A program made the position numbers and the translations under genes. A stretch of DNA of 62,125 nucleotides, the filler included. It is 4 parts of 4 records of this genome, joined end to end, with 100 filler letters (N's around TTAATTAATTAA, not from the genome) between each part and the next. Parts side by side here need not be neighbours in the genome. Positions count along the whole stretch, not along the records: positions 38,543 to 50,245 come from SRR20825019_906; positions 50,346 to 62,125 come from SRR20825019_909; 2 more parts are not named here. One strand, 5' to 3'. The notes below the pieces were generated by a model. It made no database searches, was not told the DNA's origin, and saw only the letters and a program-made list of their open reading frames with translations. The first letter of the stretch is position 1; every line of letters begins with the position of its first letter. Positions 43,620 through 53,477 of this stretch are shown in pieces.

Positions 43620-45650
43620 TTATTCGTCTTCTTTGTATTTGTCAAACCATGCCAATACAGCAGCGATTTTTGCAATTAAGTTGCTGGGTTTGTTGGCGAT
43701 ACCGTGCCCTGCGCCTGGAATCCGTACCATGGCGGTTTCCACGTTCTCCAATTTTAATGCCGCGTAGAATTGCTCAGATTCGGCAATCGGTGTACGGTAA
43801 TCCTCTTCACCGGTCAATAGCATGGTGGGAGTGGTCACATTGCCCACATAGGTGAGGGGGGAGCGTCGCATATAGTTTTCTGGGTCTTCCCAAGGTTTTT
43901 TACCGAACCAATATTTGGAGAAAAACTGTACCCCATCCGCATAGAGCACAAAACTGGTCCAGTTGATAACAGGTTTGGCCACTACGGCGGCTTTAAAACG
44001 GTCTGTTTTGCCCACGATCCATGCCGTAAGCACTCCACCTCCGGAACCACCGGTGACAAACAGGTTTTCTTCATCTACGTAGCCTTTTTCCAAAAGTGCG
44101 TCTACTCCCGACATCAAATCTTCATAATCGTGATTGGGATAATCGTGGTGTATCAGGTTTCCGAATTCTTCGCCGTAACTGGTACTTCCACGAGGGTTGG
44201 TGTAGAGCACCACATACCCTTCGGCGGCGTATGCTTGGATTTCGGCGGAATAAACCGCACCGTAGCTTGTAAAAGGTCCACCGTGAATTTCTAAGATCAT
44301 CGGATATTTTTTCGATGGGTCAAAATCTGGGGGCGTTACCACCCAACCTTGTATTTTACGTTGATCATAGGAGGACTCCCACCACATTTCTTCGACTTTG
44401 CCCAATTTTTTAAAGGAAAAGAGGTCATCGTTGACTGCTGTTAACCGGTTGGAACTTTTGGTGTCTGCCGCACCCAAATCAGAAGGATGCGATGTATCAC
44501 CCAGGGTATACGCAAATTTGTTGTTCTCAGAGGCTGAAAAACTGGCCGCATTGTAAGGTCTTCCCAAAGATAGGCCTCCCAAACCATCGGTAATTTCATC
44601 TACTTTACCCGATAGGCTGATCGAACTCAATTTGCCCATACCTTTGTCGGTATATATCAAATAAAGGCCATTGCCCTTACTGTTCCAGGCCATATCTTCA
44701 ACATCACGGTCAAAATCGCCGGATATCAATTGGGAATCGGAACCATCGGTGTTCATAACATACAAACGAGTAACTTGGTAACCTTGTAGACGGTCATCGT
44801 AACCCAAATAGGCGATTTTGGAACCATCTGGCGACAATACAGGGTTCCCATCGGGACCATATCGGTCGGTGAGGGGGGTAATTTCTCCGTCAGTTATATT
44901 GATGCTATAAATTTCGCTATCCGCGGGTTCAAATTCTTCATCTTTATGGAAGTTGGCACTAAAATATAAATGACTGTTGTCCTTGGCCCATATGGGTCCT
45001 CCATGGTCAAACTCTGAGAAGGTGAGCTGTTTTGGGGTTCCTCCGCTAATTGGCAGGGTGAACAGTTGGGAATTACCTCCTTTATAATACCCGGCACCAT
45101 CACCACGGTAGTTCATTTTGTCGATGTATTTTGGTGGGTCGTTCCATTTGGCCCCTTCTGGTTTGCCCGGCATTTTTATGATGGATTTATTCGTTTCGGG
45201 CACAAACATGTTGAAGGCTAGGTGCTTATCGTCATGTGACCAAGAAACGGAGCCTGGGGATTGTGGTGTATTGGTGAGGGCCATAGTTTCCTTGGTATCC
45301 AACCACATAAGGTACAGCTTCATTTTATCATCCGCCATATTGGATTTGAAAACTATTTTTTTGCCATCGTGAGACCATCTTGGGGCGAAATCGTTATGGT
45401 TGCCCGTGGTCAATGGTCGATTGTTGGAGCCATCAAAATTGATGATCCATAAGTTGGAAAGGTTTCGGTCCGTCATTACATCCTTAAAATTGCGAACATA
45501 GATAATTTTTGAGCCATCAGGAGAAATCTGGGGGTCTGAGACATATTCCATGTTGAAGATATCCAATAACTCCAGATTGGACTGCACTTGACCAAATACT
45601 AAAGGATTTATGGCCACAAGCAGCAGCAAAGTGATGCGTAGTCTTTTCAT
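43620..45650 (-). CDS. S9C family peptidase (acylaminoacyl/dipeptidyl peptidase)
   Basis: Propeller SPDG repeats, IHGGP, NPRGS, GGSGGG nucleophile, GEEDYR, GAGHGI. Confidence 0.93.
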   Translation of the reverse strand: MKRLRITLLLLVAINPLVFGQVQSNLELLDIFNMEYVSDPQISPDGSKIIYVRNFKDVMTDRNLSNLWIINFDGSNNRPLTTGNHNDFAPRWSHDGKKIVFKSNMADDKMKLYLMWLDTKETMALTNTPQSPGSVSWSHDDKHLAFNMFVPETNKSIIKMPGKPEGAKWNDPPKYIDKMNYRGDGAGYYKGGNSQLFTLPISGGTPKQLTFSEFDHGGPIWAKDNSHLYFSANFHKDEEFEPADSEIYSINITDGEITPLTDRYGPDGNPVLSPDGSKIAYLGYDDRLQGYQVTRLYVMNTDGSDSQLISGDFDRDVEDMAWNSKGNGLYLIYTDKGMGKLSSISLSGKVDEITDGLGGLSLGRPYNAASFSASENNKFAYTLGDTSHPSDLGAADTKSSNRLTAVNDDLFSFKKLGKVEEMWWESSYDQRKIQGWVVTPPDFDPSKKYPMILEIHGGPFTSYGAVYSAEIQAYAAEGYVVLYTNPRGSTSYGEEFGNLIHHDYPNHDYEDLMSGVDALLEKGYVDEENLFVTGGSGGGVLTAWIVGKTDRFKAAVVAKPVINWTSFVLYADGVQFFSKYWFGKKPWEDPENYMRRSPLTYVGNVTTPTMLLTGEEDYRTPIAESEQFYAALKLENVETAMVRIPGAGHGIANKPSNLIAKIAAVLAWFDKYKEDE

Positions 45651-45725
45651 GAGGTTGGTTGTTTAGTTCCCTAAAAATAAGCAAATTATCCCTTGCAGGG
45701 ACATCCCGATTAAAAAGTAGGTGAA

Positions 45726-46580
45726 TTAATAGGAAGTGGTCATGTCTTGGTCTACACAAATGATGAAATCAGCAATATGGTAGTTCTCTTCTTGTAGCTT
45801 TTGTACATCTTCTTGCAAAACAGTTGAAATGGTTCCGTATTCCAATTCGGGTCGTTGCAATTGTAAATACCAAAGAATGCCCTCATAATCATTTGAATGG
45901 TATGCTCCGTTAAAATGAAGGAACAAAGCACCCTCTTTGTAATTTTGAAGTATAAAATGGGCCATTGTGGCGTCTTTTAATGCTTGTGCCATTGCAAGTG
46001 AAGGTGTTGCATGTTCCCCCATCATTTTGAGCATATTGCGATACCCTGGTAATTCGGGGTCGTAGGTTATGGGCAAGGGGGCAATCCATCTTTTTTCTTC
46101 TTGTGACAAGGTGTCCAGCGCTTGGAACCCTCCACCTTTGTAGACTAAACTGGCATAGCGTCTGGGTACGTTGGATGCCACAAAAACCAAACTGCTATCC
46201 TTGGCAAAGTCTATCAATGGCGCATAATCGGTTTTGTGGTTGTTCCAGAGTCGTGCAGTGGAATCCAAAGCCTTGTAGTCTATTTTCCCCGATAAATAAT
46301 CGTTGAGCTCGTCTTGGTTGTCGGCTTCCATCATTTCAGCGCCGAGAATAAGCTGTCTTTTGCTGTGAAGGTCGGCCGTAAGCTCGTATTGTAGCCAATG
46401 CGCAATGGGATTATTGTGCAGCTCCCCGAACAGCACCATATCCTTTTTCTCCAAAGTCTTCAGCATTTTTTTATAGGAGACCTTTTTTCCTTTGGCGTTG
46501 TAAATTATATAGGGCTCTTTTTGAGCCGATACGGTCAAAAATGTCAACACAAAGGTTAATAGGAAGAGCGATTTTTTCAT
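45726..46580 (-). CDS. ChaN/EreA-like family protein
   Basis: FGELHNNPIAH, AQALKDATMA, NGAYHS; ATGA overlap with upstream gene. Confidence 0.85.
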   Translation of the reverse strand: MKKSLFLLTFVLTFLTVSAQKEPYIIYNAKGKKVSYKKMLKTLEKKDMVLFGELHNNPIAHWLQYELTADLHSKRQLILGAEMMEADNQDELNDYLSGKIDYKALDSTARLWNNHKTDYAPLIDFAKDSSLVFVASNVPRRYASLVYKGGGFQALDTLSQEEKRWIAPLPITYDPELPGYRNMLKMMGEHATPSLAMAQALKDATMAHFILQNYKEGALFLHFNGAYHSNDYEGILWYLQLQRPELEYGTISTVLQEDVQKLQEENYHIADFIICVDQDMTTSY

Positions 46581-47092
46581 TTCCACCAGGCTTTATGTTT
46601 CCTCAAATACACTATTTGCCCTAAATGATAACCTGTATGGGCACTCATATTGATAATTTCCTCGCTCCACTCTTTTATTTTGATGTCGTTCGATTTTTCA
46701 ACGGAGACCTCCCATTCGGTCTGGATGCTGTCCAATCGCTTCAATGTTTTAAGCCATTCCTCCTCAGTGGGGGTTTGAAAAGTATCGTCATTTACAATCT
46801 CCTGGTCTGGAATCTCCAAACCCTTGAACGACCTTAAATTCATTTCATTCCAAAAAGCGATGTGAGAAGTCAACTCAGCTATGGAATGATTGGTGGTACT
46901 GTCTTTCCAAATAGCTTGTTCATAAGTCAAACCTTCAAGGGCAACACTTGTGGGAGCAAACCATTCCTCATTGGTGTGCGTATTTTGTAATTGAGCTTTT
47001 ACCAAACGTTTTAAGTCCTCGCCCTCTTTCTTTTGAGAGCAGGATAGAACAAATCCGATTAAAAAAGGAAACACCCAACTTTTTCTAGACAT
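46577..47092 (-). CDS. DinB family lipoprotein
   Basis: HSIAELTSH and HTGYHLGQI motifs; lipobox VLSC. Confidence 0.85.
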   Translation of the reverse strand: MSRKSWVFPFLIGFVLSCSQKKEGEDLKRLVKAQLQNTHTNEEWFAPTSVALEGLTYEQAIWKDSTTNHSIAELTSHIAFWNEMNLRSFKGLEIPDQEIVNDDTFQTPTEEEWLKTLKRLDSIQTEWEVSVEKSNDIKIKEWSEEIINMSAHTGYHLGQIVYLRKHKAWWK

Positions 47093-47109
47093 ATGCTTTG
47101 ATGGTTAAT

Positions 47110-48519
47110 TTATCGTTCCCACTCCGTATGAAAAATACCTTCGCGATCCAAACGCTCGTAGGTATGAGACCCAAAATAATCGCGCTGCGCCTGAATCAGG
47201 TTCAACGGCAAACGACTACTGGTGTAGGCATCAAAATAGGTGAGGGCATTGGACAATCCTGGCAACGGAATACCATTGGCTGCTCCATAACTGATCAATT
47301 CCCTGGCAGCATTCACCGTGCTTTGCACTTTTTCCACAAAAGAAGGAGAGAGCAACAGGTTCTGCAACTCTTTATCCGCTTGGTAGGCTTCGGTAATATC
47401 GGCCAATAGCGCGGCACGGATAATACAGCCGGCACGCCAAATTTTTGCGATTTCGCCCAGTTCCAGTTCGTAACCGTATTCCTTGGAGGCATCGGCCAAT
47501 TGGTGCATGCCTTGTGCATAGGTAATGATGAAGGCGAAATACAAGGCTTGCTCAGCTTTTGCTATAAAATCTTGCTTGTCCACCGCTTTTGGGGCAGGGC
47601 GGTCGTACAATTCGTCCGCTTTGATACGCTCCGATTTAAGTGCAGAGATTTCACGCATACTTACTGCGATATCAATTGTAGGTACGGGAATGCCCAAATC
47701 CATGGCGTTTTGGGATGTCCATTTTCCGGTTCCCTTTTGTTTGGCCTTGTCCAAGATCATATCCACAAGGTCGTTGTCGGACAAATCATCTTTTTGATCA
47801 AAGATTTCCGAAGTGATTTCCACCAAAAAGGATTGCAACCGACCTTCATTCCAGTCGGAATAGGTTTTGTGGAGCTCATCGTTGGTAAGTCCGCCTGCTT
47901 TTTTGAGAAGGTCATAAATTTCGGAAGTCAGCTGCATCAAACCGTATTCGATGCCGTTGTGGACCATTTTTACGTAGTTCCCTGCCGATTTCGGGCCCAG
48001 ATACGCCACGCAAGGTTCTCCTTCGTATTTGGCCGAAACAGCTTCAAAAATAGGCTTTACATGTTGGTAGGCTTCCTTGGAACCGCCAGGCATAATGCTT
48101 GGTCCTTTTCGGGCACCTTCGGCCCCGCCAGAGACACCAGCACCAAAAAAGTTGATTCCTTTTTCTTTTAAATAAGCTTCGCGACGGTCGGTATCAGTAT
48201 AAAAGGAGTTTCCTCCATCAATAATAATATCGCCTTGGTCCAAGTGCGGCAACAACCCTTCGATTACGCTGTCCACTATTTTTCCGGCAGGCACCAATAA
48301 CATTATTTTTCTGGGAGTTGTCAAAGACTGTACAAAGGTTTTAACATCGGAAGTAGCATTGACTTTGTCAGGATTGCCGCCTTCTTTGATCAATGCACTT
48401 ACTTTTTCTTCATCCAAATCATTTCCGAATGCTGTAAATCCGTTATCGGCAACATTCAAAATAAAATTACGTCCCATTACTCCAAGGCCCACAAGGCCAA
48501 AATCATACGTGTCTGCCAT
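47110..48519 (-). CDS. gndA: 6-phosphogluconate dehydrogenase, decarboxylating
   Basis: GLGVMG, IDGGNS, KMVHNGIEY, QKGTGKW, QAQRDYFGSH. Confidence 0.97.
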   Translation of the reverse strand: MADTYDFGLVGLGVMGRNFILNVADNGFTAFGNDLDEEKVSALIKEGGNPDKVNATSDVKTFVQSLTTPRKIMLLVPAGKIVDSVIEGLLPHLDQGDIIIDGGNSFYTDTDRREAYLKEKGINFFGAGVSGGAEGARKGPSIMPGGSKEAYQHVKPIFEAVSAKYEGEPCVAYLGPKSAGNYVKMVHNGIEYGLMQLTSEIYDLLKKAGGLTNDELHKTYSDWNEGRLQSFLVEITSEIFDQKDDLSDNDLVDMILDKAKQKGTGKWTSQNAMDLGIPVPTIDIAVSMREISALKSERIKADELYDRPAPKAVDKQDFIAKAEQALYFAFIITYAQGMHQLADASKEYGYELELGEIAKIWRAGCIIRAALLADITEAYQADKELQNLLLSPSFVEKVQSTVNAARELISYGAANGIPLPGLSNALTYFDAYTSSRLPLNLIQAQRDYFGSHTYERLDREGIFHTEWER

Positions 48520-48684
48520 TCTATTTTTTTTCTTCTTCTTAGGTGTTAAGACATCACTAAGGTTGATGTTTCTTGAATTACGAACCTAAAATAAACCTTA
48601 TATTCGTGATGCTCAAAAATATTGACGTCATATTGAAATCAATGTGCCGATAGGAGCGTAAACTCGCCAGAAAACGAAAAAACT

Positions 48685-50217
48685 ATGAAAAAGACCGATA
48701 ATCAGATGCTCGTTATTTTTGGGGCATCGGGTGATTTGACCGCTAGAAAATTGATACCTTCCTTATTCAACCTATACTTGGCCAAACAACTGCCTGAGAA
48801 TTTTGTGGTACTCGGTGTAAGCCGCAGCGACCTTTCGGATGAGGCTTTCCGTAATCGCGTGGTTTATGAAAGCAAGTATTTGACCGAAAAAACCAAGGAT
48901 ATTGACAAAGACAAGGTAAAAGGTTTTGCGGACAAGTTATATTACGAGGATTTGGGCGATAGTTACGATACGGATTATGGTCCTTTGAGAAAACGGGTAG
49001 AGGCATTGAAAGAAAAACACGATACCTCGGGAAACATAATCTACTACCTTTCCACTCCGCCGACCTTGTACGAGACGGTTTCCCACAATCTGTCCGATGC
49101 GGGGATGAATACACAGAACAATGGCTGGAAACGCTTGATTGTGGAAAAACCTTTTGGCTATAGCTTGGAGACGGCCCAAAAATTAAACAAAGGACTGCAC
49201 AAATATTTTAAGGAGCATCAGATTTACCGAATAGATCATTACCTCGGAAAAGAGACCGTGCAGAACCTCTTGGTGACCCGATTCTCCAATAGCATTTTCG
49301 AACCCCTTTGGAACCGAAATTACATTCAGCGGGTCGAGGTGACCAATGCGGAAAGTGTTGGGGTAGAGAAGCGCGGTGGCTATTATGATAAATCAGGTGC
49401 GCTCCGTGATATGTTCCAAAACCACTTATTACAAATAGTTTCGTTGGTGGTAATGGAGCCACCAATCGGTGCAGATGCGGAAGAAATCCGAAATGAAAAG
49501 GTAAAAGCGTTAAAGTCGTTACGTGTGATGACGGACGAAAAGGAGCTTTTTGAGAATACGATAAGGGCCCAGTACGTGGCATCCAAAATAGATGGAAAGG
49601 ATGTTAAGGGATATCGAGAGGAAGATGGGGTGGACCCCAATTCCACTACTGAGACTTATGCGGCCATTAAATTTTATGTGGACAATTGGCGCTGGCACGG
49701 CGTCCCATTTTATGTACGGACCGCTAAACGGATGCCCACCAAGGTGACCGAAATCGTGATTCACTTTAAAAAACCGCACCATCAAATTTTTAAGGGTTCA
49801 GAAATGCAGGAAATGGATAATAAATTGATTATCCGTATCCAACCTGATGAGGGAATCCTGATTAAGTTTGGGGTAAAAGTTCCCGGTCAAGGCTTTAAGG
49901 TAGAGCGGGCCAATTTGGATTTTTATTATGCCAACTTGGCCGAAACCTATGTAATGGAAGCCTATGAACGCTTGTTGTTGGATGCCATGCAAGGTGATGC
50001 TACGTTGTATGCACGTGCCGATGAGGTAGAAGCGGCCTGGGAATTTGTTGACCCGATTCTTAACTATTGGGAAAAAGGTAAGGACGTTAGAATGTACGGT
50101 TATGCCGCAGGTGCATGGGGACCCGAAAATGCAGACGATTTAATCGAGGAAGATGGTTATTGGAGAAATCCTTCGGAAAACTTGGCAGATGATCCAGGGT
50201 ATTGCGTAATCTGTTAG
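48685..50217 (+). CDS. zwf: Glucose-6-phosphate 1-dehydrogenase
   Basis: GASGDL, EKPFG, RIDHYLGKE, AYERLLLD. Confidence 0.97.
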   Translation: MKKTDNQMLVIFGASGDLTARKLIPSLFNLYLAKQLPENFVVLGVSRSDLSDEAFRNRVVYESKYLTEKTKDIDKDKVKGFADKLYYEDLGDSYDTDYGPLRKRVEALKEKHDTSGNIIYYLSTPPTLYETVSHNLSDAGMNTQNNGWKRLIVEKPFGYSLETAQKLNKGLHKYFKEHQIYRIDHYLGKETVQNLLVTRFSNSIFEPLWNRNYIQRVEVTNAESVGVEKRGGYYDKSGALRDMFQNHLLQIVSLVVMEPPIGADAEEIRNEKVKALKSLRVMTDEKELFENTIRAQYVASKIDGKDVKGYREEDGVDPNSTTETYAAIKFYVDNWRWHGVPFYVRTAKRMPTKVTEIVIHFKKPHHQIFKGSEMQEMDNKLIIRIQPDEGILIKFGVKVPGQGFKVERANLDFYYANLAETYVMEAYERLLLDAMQGDATLYARADEVEAAWEFVDPILNYWEKGKDVRMYGYAAGAWGPENADDLIEEDGYWRNPSENLADDPGYCVIC

Positions 50218-50245
50218 AAGTCAGAAGTCAGAAGTCAGAAGTCAG
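50214..50245 (+). repeat. Heptamer tandem repeat (TCAGAAG)n
   Basis: ttagaag tcagaag tcagaag tcagaag tcag, running into the contig end. Confidence 0.9.
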
Positions 50246-50345
50246 NNNNNNNNNNNNNNNNNNNNNNNNNNNNNNNNNNNNNNNNNNNNTTAATTAATTA
50301 ANNNNNNNNNNNNNNNNNNNNNNNNNNNNNNNNNNNNNNNNNNNN
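50246..50345. other. Artificial contig spacer
   Basis: 44 N + TTAATTAATTAA + 44 N. Confidence 0.98.
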
Positions 50346-50985
50346 TCCGCATTGCGTGCTGCTGCTGGACGAGATCGAGAAAGCCCATCCGGATCTCTTC
50401 AACGTGCTGCTGCAGGTCATGGATCATGGCAAGCTGACGGACCATAATGGCAAGAATGTCGATTTCCGGAATGTCATCCTGATCATGACGACCAATGCAG
50501 GCGCCTCCGATCTGGCGAAGGAAGCCGTCGGCTTCATGCGCACGGAGCGCGAAGGTGACGATTCCGAAGCGATCAACCGGATGTTCACGCCGGAATTCCG
50601 GAACCGTCTGGATGCGATCATTCCGTTCCGCAACCTGACGCCGGAAACCATCTCCCGCGTGGTGGAGAAATTCATCATGCAGCTCGAAGTGCAGCTCTCC
50701 GACCGGGGCGTTACCATCGAGCTCAGCGATGCGGCCCGGAACTGGCTCGGCGAGAAGGGCTATGACCGTCTCTACGGAGCACGCCCGCTGGCCCGGATCA
50801 TTCAGGAGCACGTCAAGAAGCCTCTGGCGGAGGAACTGCTCTTCGGCAAGCTGGTGAAGGGCGGCCTGGTTCAGGTCGACCTGAAAGACGATAGCCTGAC
50901 CTTCTCCTACCCGGACGAAGGCGGGGACAGCTCCGGTGGCGGTTCAAGCAAGGGCAAGAAGAAAAAGCCCGAACTGGTCAGTTGA
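50346..50985 (+). CDS. clpA: Clp protease ATP-binding subunit ClpA, C-terminal fragment
   Basis: LLLDEIEKAHPD, IMTTNAG, FTPEFRNRLD, YGARPL, LAEELLFGKL. Confidence 0.92.
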
Positions 50986-51036
50986 TACATGACAGTGCCG
51001 GGGCCGGATATGGCCCCGGCACCCGATGGCACCAGA

Positions 51037-51081
51037 ACATAAAAAAGGCCCGCGCAATCAATGCGCGGGCCTTTTTTATGT
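51037..51081. terminator. Bidirectional terminator
   Basis: acataaaaaaggcccgcgc-N7-gcgcgggccttttttatgt; a second 11-bp hairpin lies at 50995-51022. Confidence 0.9.
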
Positions 51082-51101
51082 CGGTCCGTAGCCGGTGAGG
51101 C

Positions 51102-51290
51102 TTAGGCGGCCTTCAGGTAGTTGGCGGAGCCGTCGACGACAGCCTTCAGGGCGTCCGGGTCAATCCGGTAAGAGCCATTGGCGTTGGCGGCGATTTCGGC
51201 ATGCCGGTCAACGAGGATGTGCATTTCGGCAGCGGTGAAGCCGTTCATTTCGGCAGCTTCGAGAAGCGTGAGGCAAAAGCGATCGCCCAT
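51102..51290 (-). CDS. Small protein, excisionase/MerR-like winged HTH
   Basis: ATG 51290 with AGGGAGA RBS; 62 aa LTLLEAAEMNGF...GSYRID pattern; ends LKAA. Confidence 0.6.
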   Translation of the reverse strand: MGDRFCLTLLEAAEMNGFTAAEMHILVDRHAEIAANANGSYRIDPDALKAVVDGSANYLKAA

Positions 51291-51431
51291 GATTAATCTC
51301 CCTGGATCTTGATTTGAAGGATGCGGACGGCGCCGGTTCGGCTGGCCAGTCAGCAAAGTACATGTTCAATATATTGCCCCATTCGTTAATTTTGCGTTGC
51401 ACAAATTGCGAAGGTCAGCCATGCGCACGGA

Positions 51432-52619
51432 TCAACCCTCGGAGCGGAACGGGGACTGATTTTCGAGGGCTTCTTTTTCGTAGGCCATCTGTTCCGTCTC
51501 CCGCCGGAGGAAATCCCCAACCGCGTCACTGAAGGAGCGCGAAGGGATCAAATGGCAGCTTCGGGTGTAGCGGGGCAGGTAGCCGCGCTGGATCTTGTGC
51601 TGTCCCTGGGCGCCGGCCTCGACCCATTCAAGGCCGCGCTCGATGGCGAAATCGATGGCCTGATAATAGCAAAGTTCGAAATGCAGGAACTTGAAGTCGG
51701 CGATGCAGCCCCAGTTCCGGCCATAGAGCGTATCGTTGCCGATCAGGTTGAGGGCGCCGGCCACGGGCGTGCCGTCCATTTCCGCGATCACCAGCAACAC
51801 CCGGTCCGCCATGCGCTCGCCGAGCAGGTCGAAGAAGGAGCGTGTCAGGTAGGCTGATCCCCATTTCCGGTCGCTGGTGTCCGTATAGAATTGGTAGAAG
51901 GCATCCCAGTGCCGGGGCTCGATGGCGGAGCCGGTGAGTTTGCGGATAGTGAGACCGGATTCCGCAGCGGCCTTGCGTTCCTTGCGGATCGCCTTGCGCT
52001 TGCGGGAAGACAGCGCATCAAGGAAATCGCCGAAATGCTCATAGCTGTCATTATGCCAGTGAAACTGCAGGCCTATCCGCTTCAGAAACCCGGCGTCTCC
52101 GAGGGCGTTCCATTGCGCTTCGGGCAGGAAGTTCACGTGCAGGGAAGAAACCTCGAACCGCCGCGTGATCTCGATCAGGCCGCCGATCAGGATGCTGTCG
52201 ACCGCTTCCCGGTCCGCTTCCGGATGGCAGAGCAGGCGCGGCCCGGTCACCGGTGTGAAAGGAACTGCGGAAAGCAGTTTCGGGTAATAGTCGCCGCCGG
52301 CCCGCTCATAGGCGTCGGCCCAGCCCCAGTCGAACACGTACTCGCCCTGGGAATGCCCCTTCAGATAGAGCGGGACGATCCCGGCGATACGGTCCTCGTC
52401 GTCGGCATAGACCAGATGTTGCGGCAGCCAGCCCGTCTCGGCCTTGACCGAGCCGCTGTCTTCCAGGGCGGACAGGAAAGCATGGCTGAGGAACGGATTG
52501 GACGCACCGGCACAGGCGTCCCAATCGGCGGGGGCGATCTCGTGGATGGAGCGGACGACCGATATGGCCGCCCGCGTTTCCGTACTGTTTTCACCGACAA
52601 CATTCTCACCGTCTGGCAC
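51432..52619 (-). CDS. FemAB-like GNAT protein (DUF482)
   Basis: HSQGEYVFDWGWA, YYPKL..VPFTP, LYGRNWG, LHFELCYY, EAGAQGQHK. Confidence 0.92.
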   Translation of the reverse strand: MPDGENVVGENSTETRAAISVVRSIHEIAPADWDACAGASNPFLSHAFLSALEDSGSVKAETGWLPQHLVYADDEDRIAGIVPLYLKGHSQGEYVFDWGWADAYERAGGDYYPKLLSAVPFTPVTGPRLLCHPEADREAVDSILIGGLIEITRRFEVSSLHVNFLPEAQWNALGDAGFLKRIGLQFHWHNDSYEHFGDFLDALSSRKRKAIRKERKAAAESGLTIRKLTGSAIEPRHWDAFYQFYTDTSDRKWGSAYLTRSFFDLLGERMADRVLLVIAEMDGTPVAGALNLIGNDTLYGRNWGCIADFKFLHFELCYYQAIDFAIERGLEWVEAGAQGQHKIQRGYLPRYTRSCHLIPSRSFSDAVGDFLRRETEQMAYEKEALENQSPFRSEG

Positions 52620-52693
52620 CGGTCCTCACCTTCCGTTGGTGTTGCTCTTGGAAGATTGTGCGCCGCAACGGTCAGTCAACCGTAATCGGCCGA

Positions 52694-53161
52694 TCAGGCA
52701 AGCTCGATGACTGCCTCGACTTCGACGGCAACGCCGAGGGGCAGGGAGCCCGCACCGACAGCGAAACGGGCGTGTTTGCCCTTGTCGCCGAAGACTTCGA
52801 CCATCAGGTCGGACGCGCCGTTGACCACCATCGGGTGCTGCGTGAAGTCATCCGTCGCATTGACGAAACCGCCGACTTTCACCACCCGTGCAACCTTGTC
52901 GAGATCACCGCCGCATGCCGCGCGTGCCTGGGCAATGATGTTAAGGGCACAGATACGGGCGATTTTCTGCGCGTCCTCGGCCGTCATATCCTTGCCGACC
53001 TTGCCAACACCCTGCAGCTCACCGTTCCAGAACGGGACCTGACCGGAAATATAGAGCGTTTTCCCGGAAATCACGTATGGCACATAGTTGGCTGCGGGCG
53101 CGGCCGCGTTGGGAAGTTCGATTCCGAGTTCGGAAAGGCGTGCGTCGATTGCGCCGGCCAT
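52694..53161 (-). CDS. RidA/YjgF family protein (Rid1-type)
   Basis: ATG 53161 with GAGGAG RBS; PAANYVP, ISGQ, NGASDL, HARFAVG, VEVEA. Confidence 0.92.
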   Translation of the reverse strand: MAGAIDARLSELGIELPNAAAPAANYVPYVISGKTLYISGQVPFWNGELQGVGKVGKDMTAEDAQKIARICALNIIAQARAACGGDLDKVARVVKVGGFVNATDDFTQHPMVVNGASDLMVEVFGDKGKHARFAVGAGSLPLGVAVEVEAVIELA

Positions 53162-53255
53162 GGCTGACTCCTCTGGATTCTGGAATGATCTTGCGAATTG
53201 TCCTGACGGACGGCGCGAAGCATAGACAGTCACACCGGAGGTCGCTACTTTTTCC

Positions 53256-53477
53256 AAAAAGAGGGGTGCGCCAGAAAATGACGCACCCAGTAATCGGACG
53301 ATAGAGGCTTCGTCCTTAGGAGCTTCACAGGGTAATCGGGGAGCGGGGATGGGAGAGTACCGCTCCCCGGTTTTCCATCGTTTGGCTGACGATGGAACTC
53401 TGGACCTTGAGGACTGAAGCTATGCCCTCACGGGTCCGCTACCAGGGGGGAGCTGCTCTAATATCAGCTCCGAAACT
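53256..53477 (-). ncRNA. Putative structured small RNA or attenuated leader (family not recognised)
   Basis: Five stems between a TTGCGG-N17-TACTAT promoter and an intrinsic terminator (stem 53264-53288 plus CTCTTTTT); no credible ORF. Confidence 0.6.

Noticed and set aside
53256-53477. 6S RNA, SRP RNA, tmRNA or tRNA
   Set aside because: Branched rather than rod-like, no SRP GGAA domain, no tag frame, no cloverleaf; left unassigned pending cmscan.
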